Below are positions 16,701 through 26,134 of a DNA stretch of 42,933 bases, in pieces (positions within the stretch are counted from its first letter, which is position 1; each line of letters begins with the position of its first letter). Where the stretch lies: NCBI GenBank assembly GCA_016176555.1, contig JACOWY010000005.1, forward strand, positions 1 to 42,933, given 5' to 3'. Source of the stretch: Candidatus Chisholmbacteria bacterium (lineage in GTDB: Bacteria; Patescibacteriota; Microgenomatia; UBA1400; JACOWY01). A program made the translations under genes and the position numbers. Below the pieces are notes generated by a model, which searched no databases, was not told the DNA's origin, and saw only the letters and a list, made by a program, of their open reading frames with translations.

Positions 16701-17645
16701 TTACAGAAAACGCCAAACAGCAAATTGAGGAGAGAACACTACTTTCTTTCCCCCAAACCCCTCTTTAAATCGACTAAATCCCTTCCATCGTTTCAGCTCC
16801 CGACTCCCATCGTCAACCCCATCAAAATCAAAAACCTTTAAACGCCTTCGCCTTGCTTCTCGAATCCCTTCCCACGCACACAACGTCGGCGCCATCAGTT
16901 TTCGCCCGAGATCGGTCGAACCATTATGCGAATAAAAACAAGCATTCTCACTCGTCATAAAAAAATTCCCCGCCACCAGGTGATTAATCCCGGGATTAAA
17001 TTTGAAATCCCGGGATTTATGGTCGGTAGAATAAGCCAGCACCACAAAACACTTTTTCCCAAACTCAGCCAATTGCGCCTCATACCACTTCCGCGGCATG
17101 GCAAAAATCCCCAGTCGCCGCGCATTCTGCCGCAACAATCCATAAAAGTCATCTCCAAGGGCCGAACCTTTAAGGACTAACCTTTTAAGAGTGTCCCCAT
17201 CTATTACTTTAATCTTTATACCTCTTCTCTGCGCCAGCCCAATGTTATACCGCGTCTTCGGCTTCATCGCCGCCAGCAGTTGCCTTTCGCTCTTTTTAAG
17301 ATCCAGCCAAATGGTTTTCCGCGGCAAATAGGAAGTCTTCGTTGGAGAAAACCCCCTCAGCTGCAGTTGCCTGACAAGCGAAGCTGTCGTCGGTTCAACA
17401 TACAACCGCACCACTCGATGTTTTCGACACACCTTGTCTAAACGAGCAAACATGGCTTGCCCCGTTCTACGGGGTCGCTGCAACTTCGCAATCGCCCAAG
17501 GGGTAAGGGGAATTTTCTTAATGTATAAGTAATTTTTAATCTTTGATTTTTGATTCTTGATTTGCTCAGTTTCCCAACCAATCGATTGCAAATACGCCGC
17601 CCACTCACCAGCTTGCCTCAGATCTATAAACGTCGTCCGTCTCAT
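16701..17645 (-). CDS. FemABX family peptidyl/aminoacyl transferase with three in-frame repeat insertions
   Basis: RQAGEWA, MKPKTRYNI, FDFDG and GFSRFKEGFGG motifs. Confidence 0.9.
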   Translation of the reverse strand: MRRTTFIDLRQAGEWAAYLQSIGWETEQIKNQKSKIKNYLYIKKIPLTPWAIAKLQRPRRTGQAMFARLDKVCRKHRVVRLYVEPTTASLVRQLQLRGFSPTKTSYLPRKTIWLDLKKSERQLLAAMKPKTRYNIGLAQRRGIKIKVIDGDTLKRLVLKGSALGDDFYGLLRQNARRLGIFAMPRKWYEAQLAEFGKKCFVVLAYSTDHKSRDFKFNPGINHLVAGNFFMTSENACFYSHNGSTDLGRKLMAPTLCAWEGIREARRRRLKVFDFDGVDDGSRELKRWKGFSRFKEGFGGKKVVFSPQFAVWRFL

Positions 17646-18712
17646 CGTTTACCCTGAGCTTTGTCGAAGGGCCCGATCACCCGGCGCAAAAAAGCTTGCG
17701 CTCGCAACGCCTTCCACCGCAAATCATCTGCCACTCGATAAAGAGGGTACAGCCTCGGCTCCAACACCAAATCATACGAGCCGACAAATTCAACCAACCT
17801 CCCCCCATACCCCTCTTTAAACCGATGAAAGCCATACCACGGGTCTTTGGTATCGGGGTTAGGCCCGAGCGCTCCCCACATATCAAACGTGGTACAGCCT
17901 TGGGTTTTGCCATAGCGCATCACTTCCCACATCATCAAGTTCGAGGCCATCATCTCCCGTTTCTCGTTGCTGCTCGCGCCATACGGATAGTAAAGCCAGT
18001 TGTTAAACACAAACACCACCCAGGCCACGAGTAACGTCTTCTCATGCCCCGCGGTCAAAAGCCGCGCCACGCCCGCTTTATGCAGCTCCCGCCACATTTT
18101 TCGGTGATAGTCTTCTCCATGAGCAAAAAACTCTTGCCGCTGTGTCGTCTCCTTAAGGAGTTTCAAGTACCCCTCAAACGCTTCCACCGAGTTGTCTTCC
18201 TTCACTACCACGCCACTGCGTTGAGCCACACGCACGTTATACCGCGTCTTCGGTTTCATCTGCGCCAAAAGATTCTCTTCAGAACTCCTCAAATCAAGCT
18301 GGAAACTATAGCGCGTAAATAGCGGCCGACCTTCTTGGCAACCATTACCCAAAAGAAACTGTTTCACTTGCGCAAACTCCGTCGTCGGTGTTTCCACTGG
18401 TTTATACACACATGGCTCGAGTTTAATAAATAGGGCCTGGTGTTTTTGACCCAGTTCCCTCAGCGCCTGAAGCTGGGTTAAATCAGGCTTTGCTCCTTTA
18501 GGAAAATACCCCACCGTATAACTCGTTTTAGGAATCGGATGAAAAGTTACCTGAATGCCTTGGTGAAGTGTGCTGCCCGCAAATACTCCCACCCGTTCTA
18601 CTGCCACCCCCGTTTTTTTGCGGAATTCTCCCCACGCCACACTCTGCAGCGGGTGGGGCGCCACTGCGTCAAAACTCGCATAATCAGCCGGCGTAATCGC
18701 TCGAATTAACAT
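17642..18712 (-). CDS. FemABX family peptidyl/aminoacyl transferase
   Basis: HPLQS..WG.F, MKPKTRYNVR, YPYGAS, FDMWG and GFHRFKEGYGG motifs; last codons derive from a ccctgagc..gtcgaaggg repeat (17651-17671). Confidence 0.92.
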   Translation of the reverse strand: MLIRAITPADYASFDAVAPHPLQSVAWGEFRKKTGVAVERVGVFAGSTLHQGIQVTFHPIPKTSYTVGYFPKGAKPDLTQLQALRELGQKHQALFIKLEPCVYKPVETPTTEFAQVKQFLLGNGCQEGRPLFTRYSFQLDLRSSEENLLAQMKPKTRYNVRVAQRSGVVVKEDNSVEAFEGYLKLLKETTQRQEFFAHGEDYHRKMWRELHKAGVARLLTAGHEKTLLVAWVVFVFNNWLYYPYGASSNEKREMMASNLMMWEVMRYGKTQGCTTFDMWGALGPNPDTKDPWYGFHRFKEGYGGRLVEFVGSYDLVLEPRLYPLYRVADDLRWKALRAQAFLRRVIGPFDKAQGKR

Positions 18713-18880
18713 CAAAAACTATCCCCACGTAATAATTATGCGTCGTCCCGCCTTTGGCGGTACTTCCAATAATCTCATCAGCTTTACTATTTCGATTATA
18801 CTTAAACATAATTAAACGTGGTTGGAACGTTGAATTGTGTAGCAATTCTTACGTTCCTAACACAAGCCTGGAACACTTAG

Positions 18881-19423
18881 TTACTCAGCCAAAACATACA
18901 CATCCACATATCGCGCGCTCCATTGCCCCTCGAGCTTGTCGTAGCCAAGATCAATTATCTTGCCCTTAACTGCCCCGCCCACATCTCCCGCCACTCCAAT
19001 CCCATATCCTGGCACATAGACGCGGGTGTATAAAGGAATCACTTTGGGGTCGACGGCAACTACTCCATAACCTTGTCGCATCCCCGTCGCCGTCGTGGCG
19101 TTGCACCCCAAACAGGATGAATCGTAGCTCACTGCCCAAACGTCTTTGAGAATCTTAGTGTAGGTAATCGGGCCGTAAGGAGTATCCATCGTCGCCGGAA
19201 TCACTACCTCTTCCACCAATGGCAAAGGCGTCGCCGTCGCCGATGGCGTTGCCGTCGGCGTCGCTGTAGGAGCAGATGTCGCCGCTCCTAACACAACTTT
19301 AGCTTCAGCAACTACCAAGGGTCGATCATACTGAGCTGGAGTAAAGTACGTTGGCGAAGCCACAAACAGCGCCGCCCCGATGAGATTCAAAGTCACAACC
19401 AGTTGAGGCAAAGAAGCAAACAT
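18881..19423 (-). CDS. 3D-domain (MltA-like lytic transglycosylase) protein
   Basis: TATG...VVAVDPKVIPL...AGDVGGAVKG.IIDL; Pro/Thr linker after an N-terminal hydrophobic segment. Confidence 0.88.
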   Translation of the reverse strand: MFASLPQLVVTLNLIGAALFVASPTYFTPAQYDRPLVVAEAKVVLGAATSAPTATPTATPSATATPLPLVEEVVIPATMDTPYGPITYTKILKDVWAVSYDSSCLGCNATTATGMRQGYGVVAVDPKVIPLYTRVYVPGYGIGVAGDVGGAVKGKIIDLGYDKLEGQWSARYVDVYVLAE

Positions 19424-19447
19424 AGAAGGGCGAGTCGAAATTGTATC

Positions 19448-21246
19448 CTAGAAATCCAAAAGATCAAACCGCCTCTCCGCAAATTCTATCAATTCCTCAG
19501 GTATTTCCCCCACAAATCTGGATACCAAATTGCGATTACGCGACCCAAAGTACAGCCGCTGCTGCGCATAGGTCAAATACAACCGCTCCTTCACCCGCGT
19601 CATGCCTACATAAGCGAGCCGCCTCTCTTCCTCGAGCTCTTCTTTATCGAGCATTGCCCTCGAATGGGGGAAAAGTCCTTCTTCCATGCCGATTAAAAAT
19701 ACTACCGGAAACTCTAAGCCCTTGGCCGCGTGCATCGTCATCAGCGTCACTCTGTTATCGTCATCACCAGCTTTATCCCTAGCATCGCGCAACCGATCGT
19801 TTTCCACCAAGGCCACGTTTTCCAAAAACAACACTAGATCAGGGAATTCCTTCGCCACCGACGCTAATTCTTTAATGTTCTCTATCCTCATCGCATCTTC
19901 TTCATCCTCCTCATCATAAAGCTCCAAGTATTTGGTGATTTCCAATATCCGCTCTAACAGCACCACGGTCGCTTTTTTCCTCAAAGACTCACCTAAGTTC
20001 TTCTGCCATTCGAGAAACTTCTCCAGTCGCCTCGCCCCTACCTTCAAAGCCCGCTCTTGGCTCACCGCATCCTCTGGGTTAACTACCAATCTTAAATAGG
20101 CCAAAAGATCCTTAATTTCTTTGCGCTGATAAAATCGCGTTCCGCCCACCAGTTGATAGGGGATACCCTCTCGCACCAACGCCTCCTCAATCGGCCGGGA
20201 TTGGGCATTAGTCCGATACAAAATCGCAAAGTCTTTATATTGCCGTGACCCTCCGCCATTAACGCCTTCTTTAATCGTAGCCACCACAAATCTGCTCTCA
20301 TCCCGCTCGTTCATCGCTTCAAATACCTGTACCTTGCCCCCTTTTCCTTGGCTCGTCCATAGCTTTAAAACAGGATGAGTTGTGTTCCGCGCGATCAGAC
20401 TACTCGCCGCATCTAAAATCGTCTGCGTCGAACGGTAATTCTGCTCCAGGTGATACACCGTCAATTCCGGAAACGCCTGTTCTAGCCGTTTTAAATTGCG
20501 AAAATCCGCCCCTCTCCATTTGTAAATACTCTGCGCTCCTTTGCTAGCAGGGTGGTCAAGGTAAATTGAGCCTGGTTGGTATCTTGATACTCATCGACCA
20601 GAACATACTGCCATTGTCTCTGATACCGTGCCAAAATATCCGGGTGTTTTTGCCATAGCCTCACTACCTGGAATAGCAAGTCATCAAAATCCAGGGCTTG
20701 GGCGGCACGCAAGATATTTTGGTACCGCGCATACACATTGGCTACCATTTTTTGCCATTCACCGCGCGCCAGCTCCGAAAACTGACTTACTCCGATGAGC
20801 TCGTTTTTGGCTGACGATATGGTTGAGAGCACCGCCCGCGCCTTTTTAACCTCACCCCCATAACCCAAATCACTTAAAGCTTTTTTCACTGCCTCCACTT
20901 GATCATCCTCATCATAAATTACAAAGCTCGGTGCCATGCCTATTGCCTGGCCCGCTTGCCGCAATATCCTCGCGCATAAACTATGGAACGTCCCCGCAAA
21001 AGCCGGCGCTTTCCCTACCAGTTTTTCTACCCGCTGCCGCATCTCCCCAGCAGCTTTGTTGGTGAAGGTCAAAAGCAAAACCTCTTCCGGCCTTGCCGTC
21101 TGAGTCTGGATCAGCTGTGCCACACGGTAGGTAATGCATCGAGTCTTGCCGCTCCCCGCCCCCGCCAAAACCAACAGTGGGCCGTTGAGGTGTGTGACCA
21201 CCGCTTGTTGTTGCGTGTTCAAGTCTTTGAGTAAGTCCTGCCCCAT
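19448..21246 (-). pseudogene. pcrA: PcrA/UvrD helicase broken by a short frameshifting deletion near 20535
   Basis: AGAGSGKT and DEYQDTN in the first ORF; QSIYKWRGAD continues in the frame of the second ORF, but the VVGD segment before it is absent. Confidence 0.75.
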
Positions 21247-21247
21247 G

Positions 21248-21436
21248 CTAGAATTAAATCCTAAATCCAGGAAAATTCTAAACTCTAATTTCTAAATCTT
21301 AGACAATCATAAAATTCAAAGATCAAATTTCAAAACGGTTTTAAATTTTGGATTTTTAATCTTAAGAATTTGTTTAGAATTTAGGATTTAGTGCTTGGGA
21401 TTTGTTTAGAAATTAGAAATTAGGAATTAGAAATTT
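21248..21436. repeat. Inverted array of AT-rich heptamer-like repeats between divergent pcrA and tpiA
   Basis: Left half ctaaatc/ctaattt/caaattt units, right half atttaga/aattaga/atttagg units. Confidence 0.85.
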
Positions 21437-21457
21437 ACGGACTCCATCTTCTCAAAA

Positions 21458-22186
21458 ATGACTCCATCTTTAAAGCACCATCTCACTTACCTCATCGCTA
21501 ATTGGAAAGCCAACAAAACACCTCAAGAAGCCCAACATTGGCTGAAGACAGTTTCAGCCCTTCTGCCGTCACCTTCCTCTCACCTCAAACTCATCCTTCT
21601 CGCCCCATTCATCCACCTAGGCTCGCTCGCTAGAACCCTTCCTCGCCATCTCCTCGGCGTCCAAAACCTCTCTCCGTTTCCCGACGGCGCCTACACCGGC
21701 GAAATTTCCGCCCGCATGGTCGCCCCCCTCGCCAGTTTCGCCCTCTTGGGCCATTCTGAACGCCGCCATTATTTCCACGAAACCTCTGCTGAGATTGGCC
21801 GTAAAGTCACCTTAGCTCTAGAAGAAGGCATCACCCCTATCCTCGCCGTGAGCCACACTACCTGGCGTGAGCAACTCAACCAACTCTCAGAAGCTGAAAA
21901 ACAATCCACCATTATCATGTACGAACCCCCAGAAGCCATTAGTCGTCAAGTCGGCCCCATCGGCCAAGGTAGCGCCGCCCCCCTCGACGAAGTCATTACC
22001 ATGATTAAAGAAATTAAAAAATCGACTCCCCAAAGCCCAGTGCTTTATGGTGGTAGCGTCAAACATACCAATCTCGCTGACTTTCTCAAATCTAAGGTAA
22101 TCGACGGGGTGGTCTCGGGTTCGGCCAGCCTAAATGCCGAGGAGTGGCTCAAACTAATCGAAATTACCCAAAGGTTTCGTGGCTAA
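21458..22186 (+). CDS. tpiA: Triosephosphate isomerase
   Basis: ANWK, GAYTGEIS, GHSERR, YEP, LYGGSV and GSASL motifs. Confidence 0.95.
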   Translation: MTPSLKHHLTYLIANWKANKTPQEAQHWLKTVSALLPSPSSHLKLILLAPFIHLGSLARTLPRHLLGVQNLSPFPDGAYTGEISARMVAPLASFALLGHSERRHYFHETSAEIGRKVTLALEEGITPILAVSHTTWREQLNQLSEAEKQSTIIMYEPPEAISRQVGPIGQGSAAPLDEVITMIKEIKKSTPQSPVLYGGSVKHTNLADFLKSKVIDGVVSGSASLNAEEWLKLIEITQRFRG

Positions 22187-23252
22187 ATCACACCACTTTT
22201 TCACCAAAGTCAAACGAAAAGTGGCAGTCTATCTGCCCTTCTTAAGTCGGGCAGCCCTCGTTGTCATTGGCCTTATCGCGGTCGCCCTCGTCGCTCTGCT
22301 GCTGCTTCGGCTCTTGGGTTATATTCAAAGCCCCACCAAAACCGCCTTATCTCTTTTCCAAAGCCCAAAATCAGTACTCAAATCTACCCTCGGTCGCACC
22401 AACGTCCTCATTCTCGGCAAAGGCGGTGCCGGTCACGAAGCTCCGGATCTCACCGATACCATCATCTTCCTTTCCTATAACCACGAGACAGGCACCGCCC
22501 TCATGCTTTCCCTTCCCCGCGATATTTGGGTTGACTCCCTCCAAGCCAAAATCAACACCGCCTATTACTATGGCGAAGAGCGCCAACCTGGGGGTGGGGG
22601 CCTCATTTTAGCTAAATCTGCTGTCTCCGAAATCGTGGGTCAACCAGTGCACTATGCCGTGGCCCTCGATTTTACTGGCTTTACTCGCCTCATCGATGCC
22701 TTAGGTGGCGTGGACATCGACGTTCCAAGATCCTTCAATGATTTGAAGTACCCCATTCCCGGCAAAGAAAACGTCCTCCCCGAATCAGATCGCTACGAAA
22801 AGCTTCACTTTGATTCTGGCCTCCAAACCATGTCCGGCGAACGCGCCCTCAAGTATGTTCGCTCCCGCAATAGCGAGGGAGAAGAGGGGACCGACTACGC
22901 CCGCGCCGTTCGCCAACAACAAGCACTCTTAAGCCTCCAAGACAAGCTGTTATCATCAAAAGTCCTGCTCAATCCTAGAAAAGTCAGTGAACTCATGGGT
23001 TTGGTCTCTACGAGCATCACTACCGATATCAGAAACGGCGAATACACCGGTTTCCTCAAAATCGCTCTCGGGTTTGATCGCGCCAAACTCCGCAGTGAAA
23101 CTATTGATCAAGGGGACAAAGCAGCCAACCGCCCCGGTTTATTAACTAACCCCCCTCCAGCAGATTTTCAAGGTCAATGGGTCTTAGTCGGGGAGAATAA
23201 TTCCTGGGACAAGGTTCAAGAGCACGTCACCTCTTTACTTGATGCTCAGTAA
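22179..23252 (+). CDS. LytR-CpsA-Psr (LCP) family protein
   Basis: One TM; NVLILG, TDTI, SLPRD, KINTAY, RSR and D..R..RQQ motifs. Confidence 0.93.
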   Translation: MAKSHHFFTKVKRKVAVYLPFLSRAALVVIGLIAVALVALLLLRLLGYIQSPTKTALSLFQSPKSVLKSTLGRTNVLILGKGGAGHEAPDLTDTIIFLSYNHETGTALMLSLPRDIWVDSLQAKINTAYYYGEERQPGGGGLILAKSAVSEIVGQPVHYAVALDFTGFTRLIDALGGVDIDVPRSFNDLKYPIPGKENVLPESDRYEKLHFDSGLQTMSGERALKYVRSRNSEGEEGTDYARAVRQQQALLSLQDKLLSSKVLLNPRKVSELMGLVSTSITTDIRNGEYTGFLKIALGFDRAKLRSETIDQGDKAANRPGLLTNPPPADFQGQWVLVGENNSWDKVQEHVTSLLDAQ

Positions 23253-23363
23253 CAAGATAAAAGAACCACTCCTATTATCGGAGTGGATGAATCCTTAAAA
23301 TTTTCGGCGCCAGCCGAAAAGCGTTACCTCGCCTGAGCGAAGCGAAGGGTAGAGATAATTTCA
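23253..23363 (+). mobile_element. 111-nt miniature IS605-like element between the LCP and PMT genes
   Basis: Begins CAAGATA, hairpin CCACTCC-tattatc-GGAGTGG-atgaa, ends ...gtagagataaTTTCA; related copy at 32771-32839. Confidence 0.6.
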
Positions 23364-25966
23364 TGGCCAAAAGTAAGTTGTCACTTTTTCCTGCCACTGA
23401 ATCCAAATCCTTGTGGCTTATCCTCGCCGCGGGCCTAGTCCTCCGTATCATCCTTACCCCGTATCTTACCTATTTTCTCGATCTTTACACCTACATCGCC
23501 TGGAGCGATAGCCTAAGAGACGTCGGCTTCAGGGAGTTTCTTACTTCCAATTGGGTCGACTACCTCCCTGGCTACCCCTACATCCTCTTTCTTCTCGCCC
23601 ATATAAAGCAGACATTCGCCTTGACCACCGACCCCGCTCTGCGCCTTGTCTATAAGTTTCCCTCTATCCTCGCCGACATAGGTACCGCCTCCGTCATTTA
23701 TAAGTTAGTTTGGCACTTTACCAAGAAAAAACTCTCAATTTTCCCCGTAAAGCTTCGCCACGGGGCAAGTAATTTTCAATTTTCAACTGCCTTTATTGCC
23801 ACTGCTCTGTATCTCTTTAACCCCGCCATCTTTGCCAACTCCACTCTTTGGGGCCAGACAGACAGCTTCACCGCGCTCGCTGCCACCTTTGGGCTTTACG
23901 CCGTGTGGGTACTGTCATCGCCCATCGTCGCCGGCTTGAGCCTCGGCTTAGGCGCTCTCGTCAAACTCAATACCCTCCTCATCGTTCCGCTCCTGGTAGT
24001 GGGCTGGCTTAAAACCAAAAACTTCAAAAAAATTATCATCTTTGCCGTTACCACGGGCATAATTTTCGTCGCCGGCTTCATCCCCTTTAATAACCAACCC
24101 GAGCTTCTGCCGTTTATCGTCGATCGCATTGCCATCACCGCTAATCAATATCAATACACGTCGTTAAATGCCCTCAACTTTTGGTTTCTCCTCCACGGCT
24201 CCTGGCAAAAAGACACCCCCACCTTTGTCGGCCTCGAGCTTCACACCTGGGGTAATCTCCTTTTTCTCTTCGTCAGCGGGGTAGTCTTGTCTGCTTTGCT
24301 GCGTCGTCGCCTTACCCTCGAATCAGTCACCCAGACGGGAGCCTTAATTTTTCTTGCCGCCTTCCTCTTTCTCACCCGCATGCACGAACGTCATCTTTTA
24401 GCCGCTCTCCCATTTTTTCTTCTCACGGGAACGCTCACCACAAAATGGCGCTGGTATGTCAGTATTAGTCTTATTTATCTCGTTAACCTCATCTTTGGCT
24501 TTCAGCAAGGTCCCGGCAATCCTCATATCTTAAATCTTCCCAGCTGGCTGCCTCGGCTGACCAGCCTCGCCTCTCTCGGGCTATTTTTTGTTTTGTTGTC
24601 TAAGTTCGTTAAAGACATCGCCTGGCCCAAACTTCATCTGGATCTGCCCCGCCTTCCCACCTCTCCAAAAACACGCCTAATTATCATCATTCTTGTTCTC
24701 TCCCTCACCATTCGTCTCATTCGTCTCGGAATTCCGGCCACTTTCTATTTCGACGAAGTCTATCACGCCTTCACCGCCCAAGAAATGCTCAAAGGTAACC
24801 CCAAAGCTTGGGAATGGTGGCACACGCCTCCAGAAGGTGTTGCCTACGAGTGGACCCACCCGCCGCTCGCCAAGCAGTTTATGGTTTTGGGCATGACCAT
24901 TTTTGGCCCCACCGCCTTTGGTTGGCGCCTCTTTAGCACCCTCTTCGGCACCGCCAACATATTTTTGGTCTACTTGTTAACTAAAGAATTATTTTCTGCT
25001 AAAAGCTATAAGCTAAAAGCTATAAGCTCATTGCCGCTCCTAGCGGCCACTCTCTACTCTGTAGAGAGCTTGTCCTTTGTCCAAAGCCGCATCGGGATGA
25101 ATGACACCTACATGCTCTTTTTTGTCCTCCTCAACGTCCTGCTAACTTTAAAGCACAAATATCCTGCTGCGGCCTTAAGCCTCGGTTTGGCTCTCGCTAC
25201 CAAATGGTCAGCCATCTACATTCTGCCAGTATCGGCTCTAATATTTATCCAAAGCCACAAACCAAACTTCAAAAAGTATTTAGCCTTTGGCATTTGGCAT
25301 TTGCTCATTCCGGGAGTCATCTACTTAGTTGCCTATCTTCCATTCTTTCTCAATCACTCTTGGTCAACCTTTATCGAGCTGCAAAAACAAATGTACTGGT
25401 ATCACACGAGATTAGTCGCCACCCACGACTATAGTTCGCCTTGGTGGTCGTGGCCGCTGCTCCTTCGCCCAGTCTGGTACTACGTCGATTACGCTGAAAA
25501 TCAAATTGCCAATATCTACGCTCTCGGCAATCCCATTATTTTTTGGGGCGGCCTGGTAGCGGTCCTCTACGTTCTTGCAACACTGTTGAAAGGGATTCTC
25601 ATTAAAAGGAAATTTTCAATTTTCAATTTTGAGCTGGCGAAAAACGGCGGCCGAGGAGAACCGAGGCGTAGCCATTTTCAATTTTCAATTTTACTAGCTG
25701 GCTATCTTGCTTTCTTATTGCCCTGGGCTCTCTCGCCCCGCATTATGTTTCTCTACCACTATCTCCCCTCTATCCCATTCATGGTCATTCTTCTCTCTTG
25801 GTCGCTCACCCAACTCTGGCACTCGGGTGTGCTCGGTAAACGCTTAACTATTGGCTATTGGCTATTGGCTATTGGCATCTTTATCTTCTTCTATCCTCAC
25901 CTTACCGGTTTACCCGTGAATACCTCTTGGGCTCAAAACTTTTTCTGGCTCAAAAGTTGGAAGTAG
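23363..25966 (+). CDS. Tandem GT-C glycosyltransferase: mannosyltransferase-like domain fused to a PMT (GT39-like) domain
   Basis: N-half DYLP, WGQTDS, RMHERH; C-half FDEVYH, HPPLAK, SRIGMND, KW, HDYSS.WWSWP, FLYHYLP; many TM helices; five repeat-derived segments. Confidence 0.88.
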   Translation: MAKSKLSLFPATESKSLWLILAAGLVLRIILTPYLTYFLDLYTYIAWSDSLRDVGFREFLTSNWVDYLPGYPYILFLLAHIKQTFALTTDPALRLVYKFPSILADIGTASVIYKLVWHFTKKKLSIFPVKLRHGASNFQFSTAFIATALYLFNPAIFANSTLWGQTDSFTALAATFGLYAVWVLSSPIVAGLSLGLGALVKLNTLLIVPLLVVGWLKTKNFKKIIIFAVTTGIIFVAGFIPFNNQPELLPFIVDRIAITANQYQYTSLNALNFWFLLHGSWQKDTPTFVGLELHTWGNLLFLFVSGVVLSALLRRRLTLESVTQTGALIFLAAFLFLTRMHERHLLAALPFFLLTGTLTTKWRWYVSISLIYLVNLIFGFQQGPGNPHILNLPSWLPRLTSLASLGLFFVLLSKFVKDIAWPKLHLDLPRLPTSPKTRLIIIILVLSLTIRLIRLGIPATFYFDEVYHAFTAQEMLKGNPKAWEWWHTPPEGVAYEWTHPPLAKQFMVLGMTIFGPTAFGWRLFSTLFGTANIFLVYLLTKELFSAKSYKLKAISSLPLLAATLYSVESLSFVQSRIGMNDTYMLFFVLLNVLLTLKHKYPAAALSLGLALATKWSAIYILPVSALIFIQSHKPNFKKYLAFGIWHLLIPGVIYLVAYLPFFLNHSWSTFIELQKQMYWYHTRLVATHDYSSPWWSWPLLLRPVWYYVDYAENQIANIYALGNPIIFWGGLVAVLYVLATLLKGILIKRKFSIFNFELAKNGGRGEPRRSHFQFSILLAGYLAFLLPWALSPRIMFLYHYLPSIPFMVILLSWSLTQLWHSGVLGKRLTIGYWLLAIGIFIFFYPHLTGLPVNTSWAQNFFWLKSWK

Positions 25967-26002
25967 ATTGTTCTGAATGACAAAATCAACCTATGGTAAT
26001 CG

Positions 26003-26087
26003 GTCATCCTGAGCGTTAGCGAAGGATCTCTTAATAACCTTATGTAGTCTTGTAGAGATCCTTCGGTCGTACCTCCCTCAGGATGAC
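26003..26087. repeat. Complete REP-like element between convergent genes
   Basis: GTCATCCTGAG-cgttag-CGAAGGATCTCT ... AGAGATCCTTCG-gtcgtacctcc-CTCAGGATGAC. Confidence 0.88.
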
Positions 26088-26134
26088 ACCACCGAAACAA
26101 GAAGTAAGTAATTTTGTAACTCGAGTCAGACAAA

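Noticed and set aside
18769-18799. Hammerhead ribozyme core (ATAATC-GAAA...CTGATGA-GATTAT on the minus strand)
   Set aside because: Only 8 nt separate GAAA from CUGAUGA, too few to form stems I and III.
21248-21436. CRISPR array
   Set aside because: Units are ~7 nt, degenerate and inverted, with no unique spacers and no cas genes.
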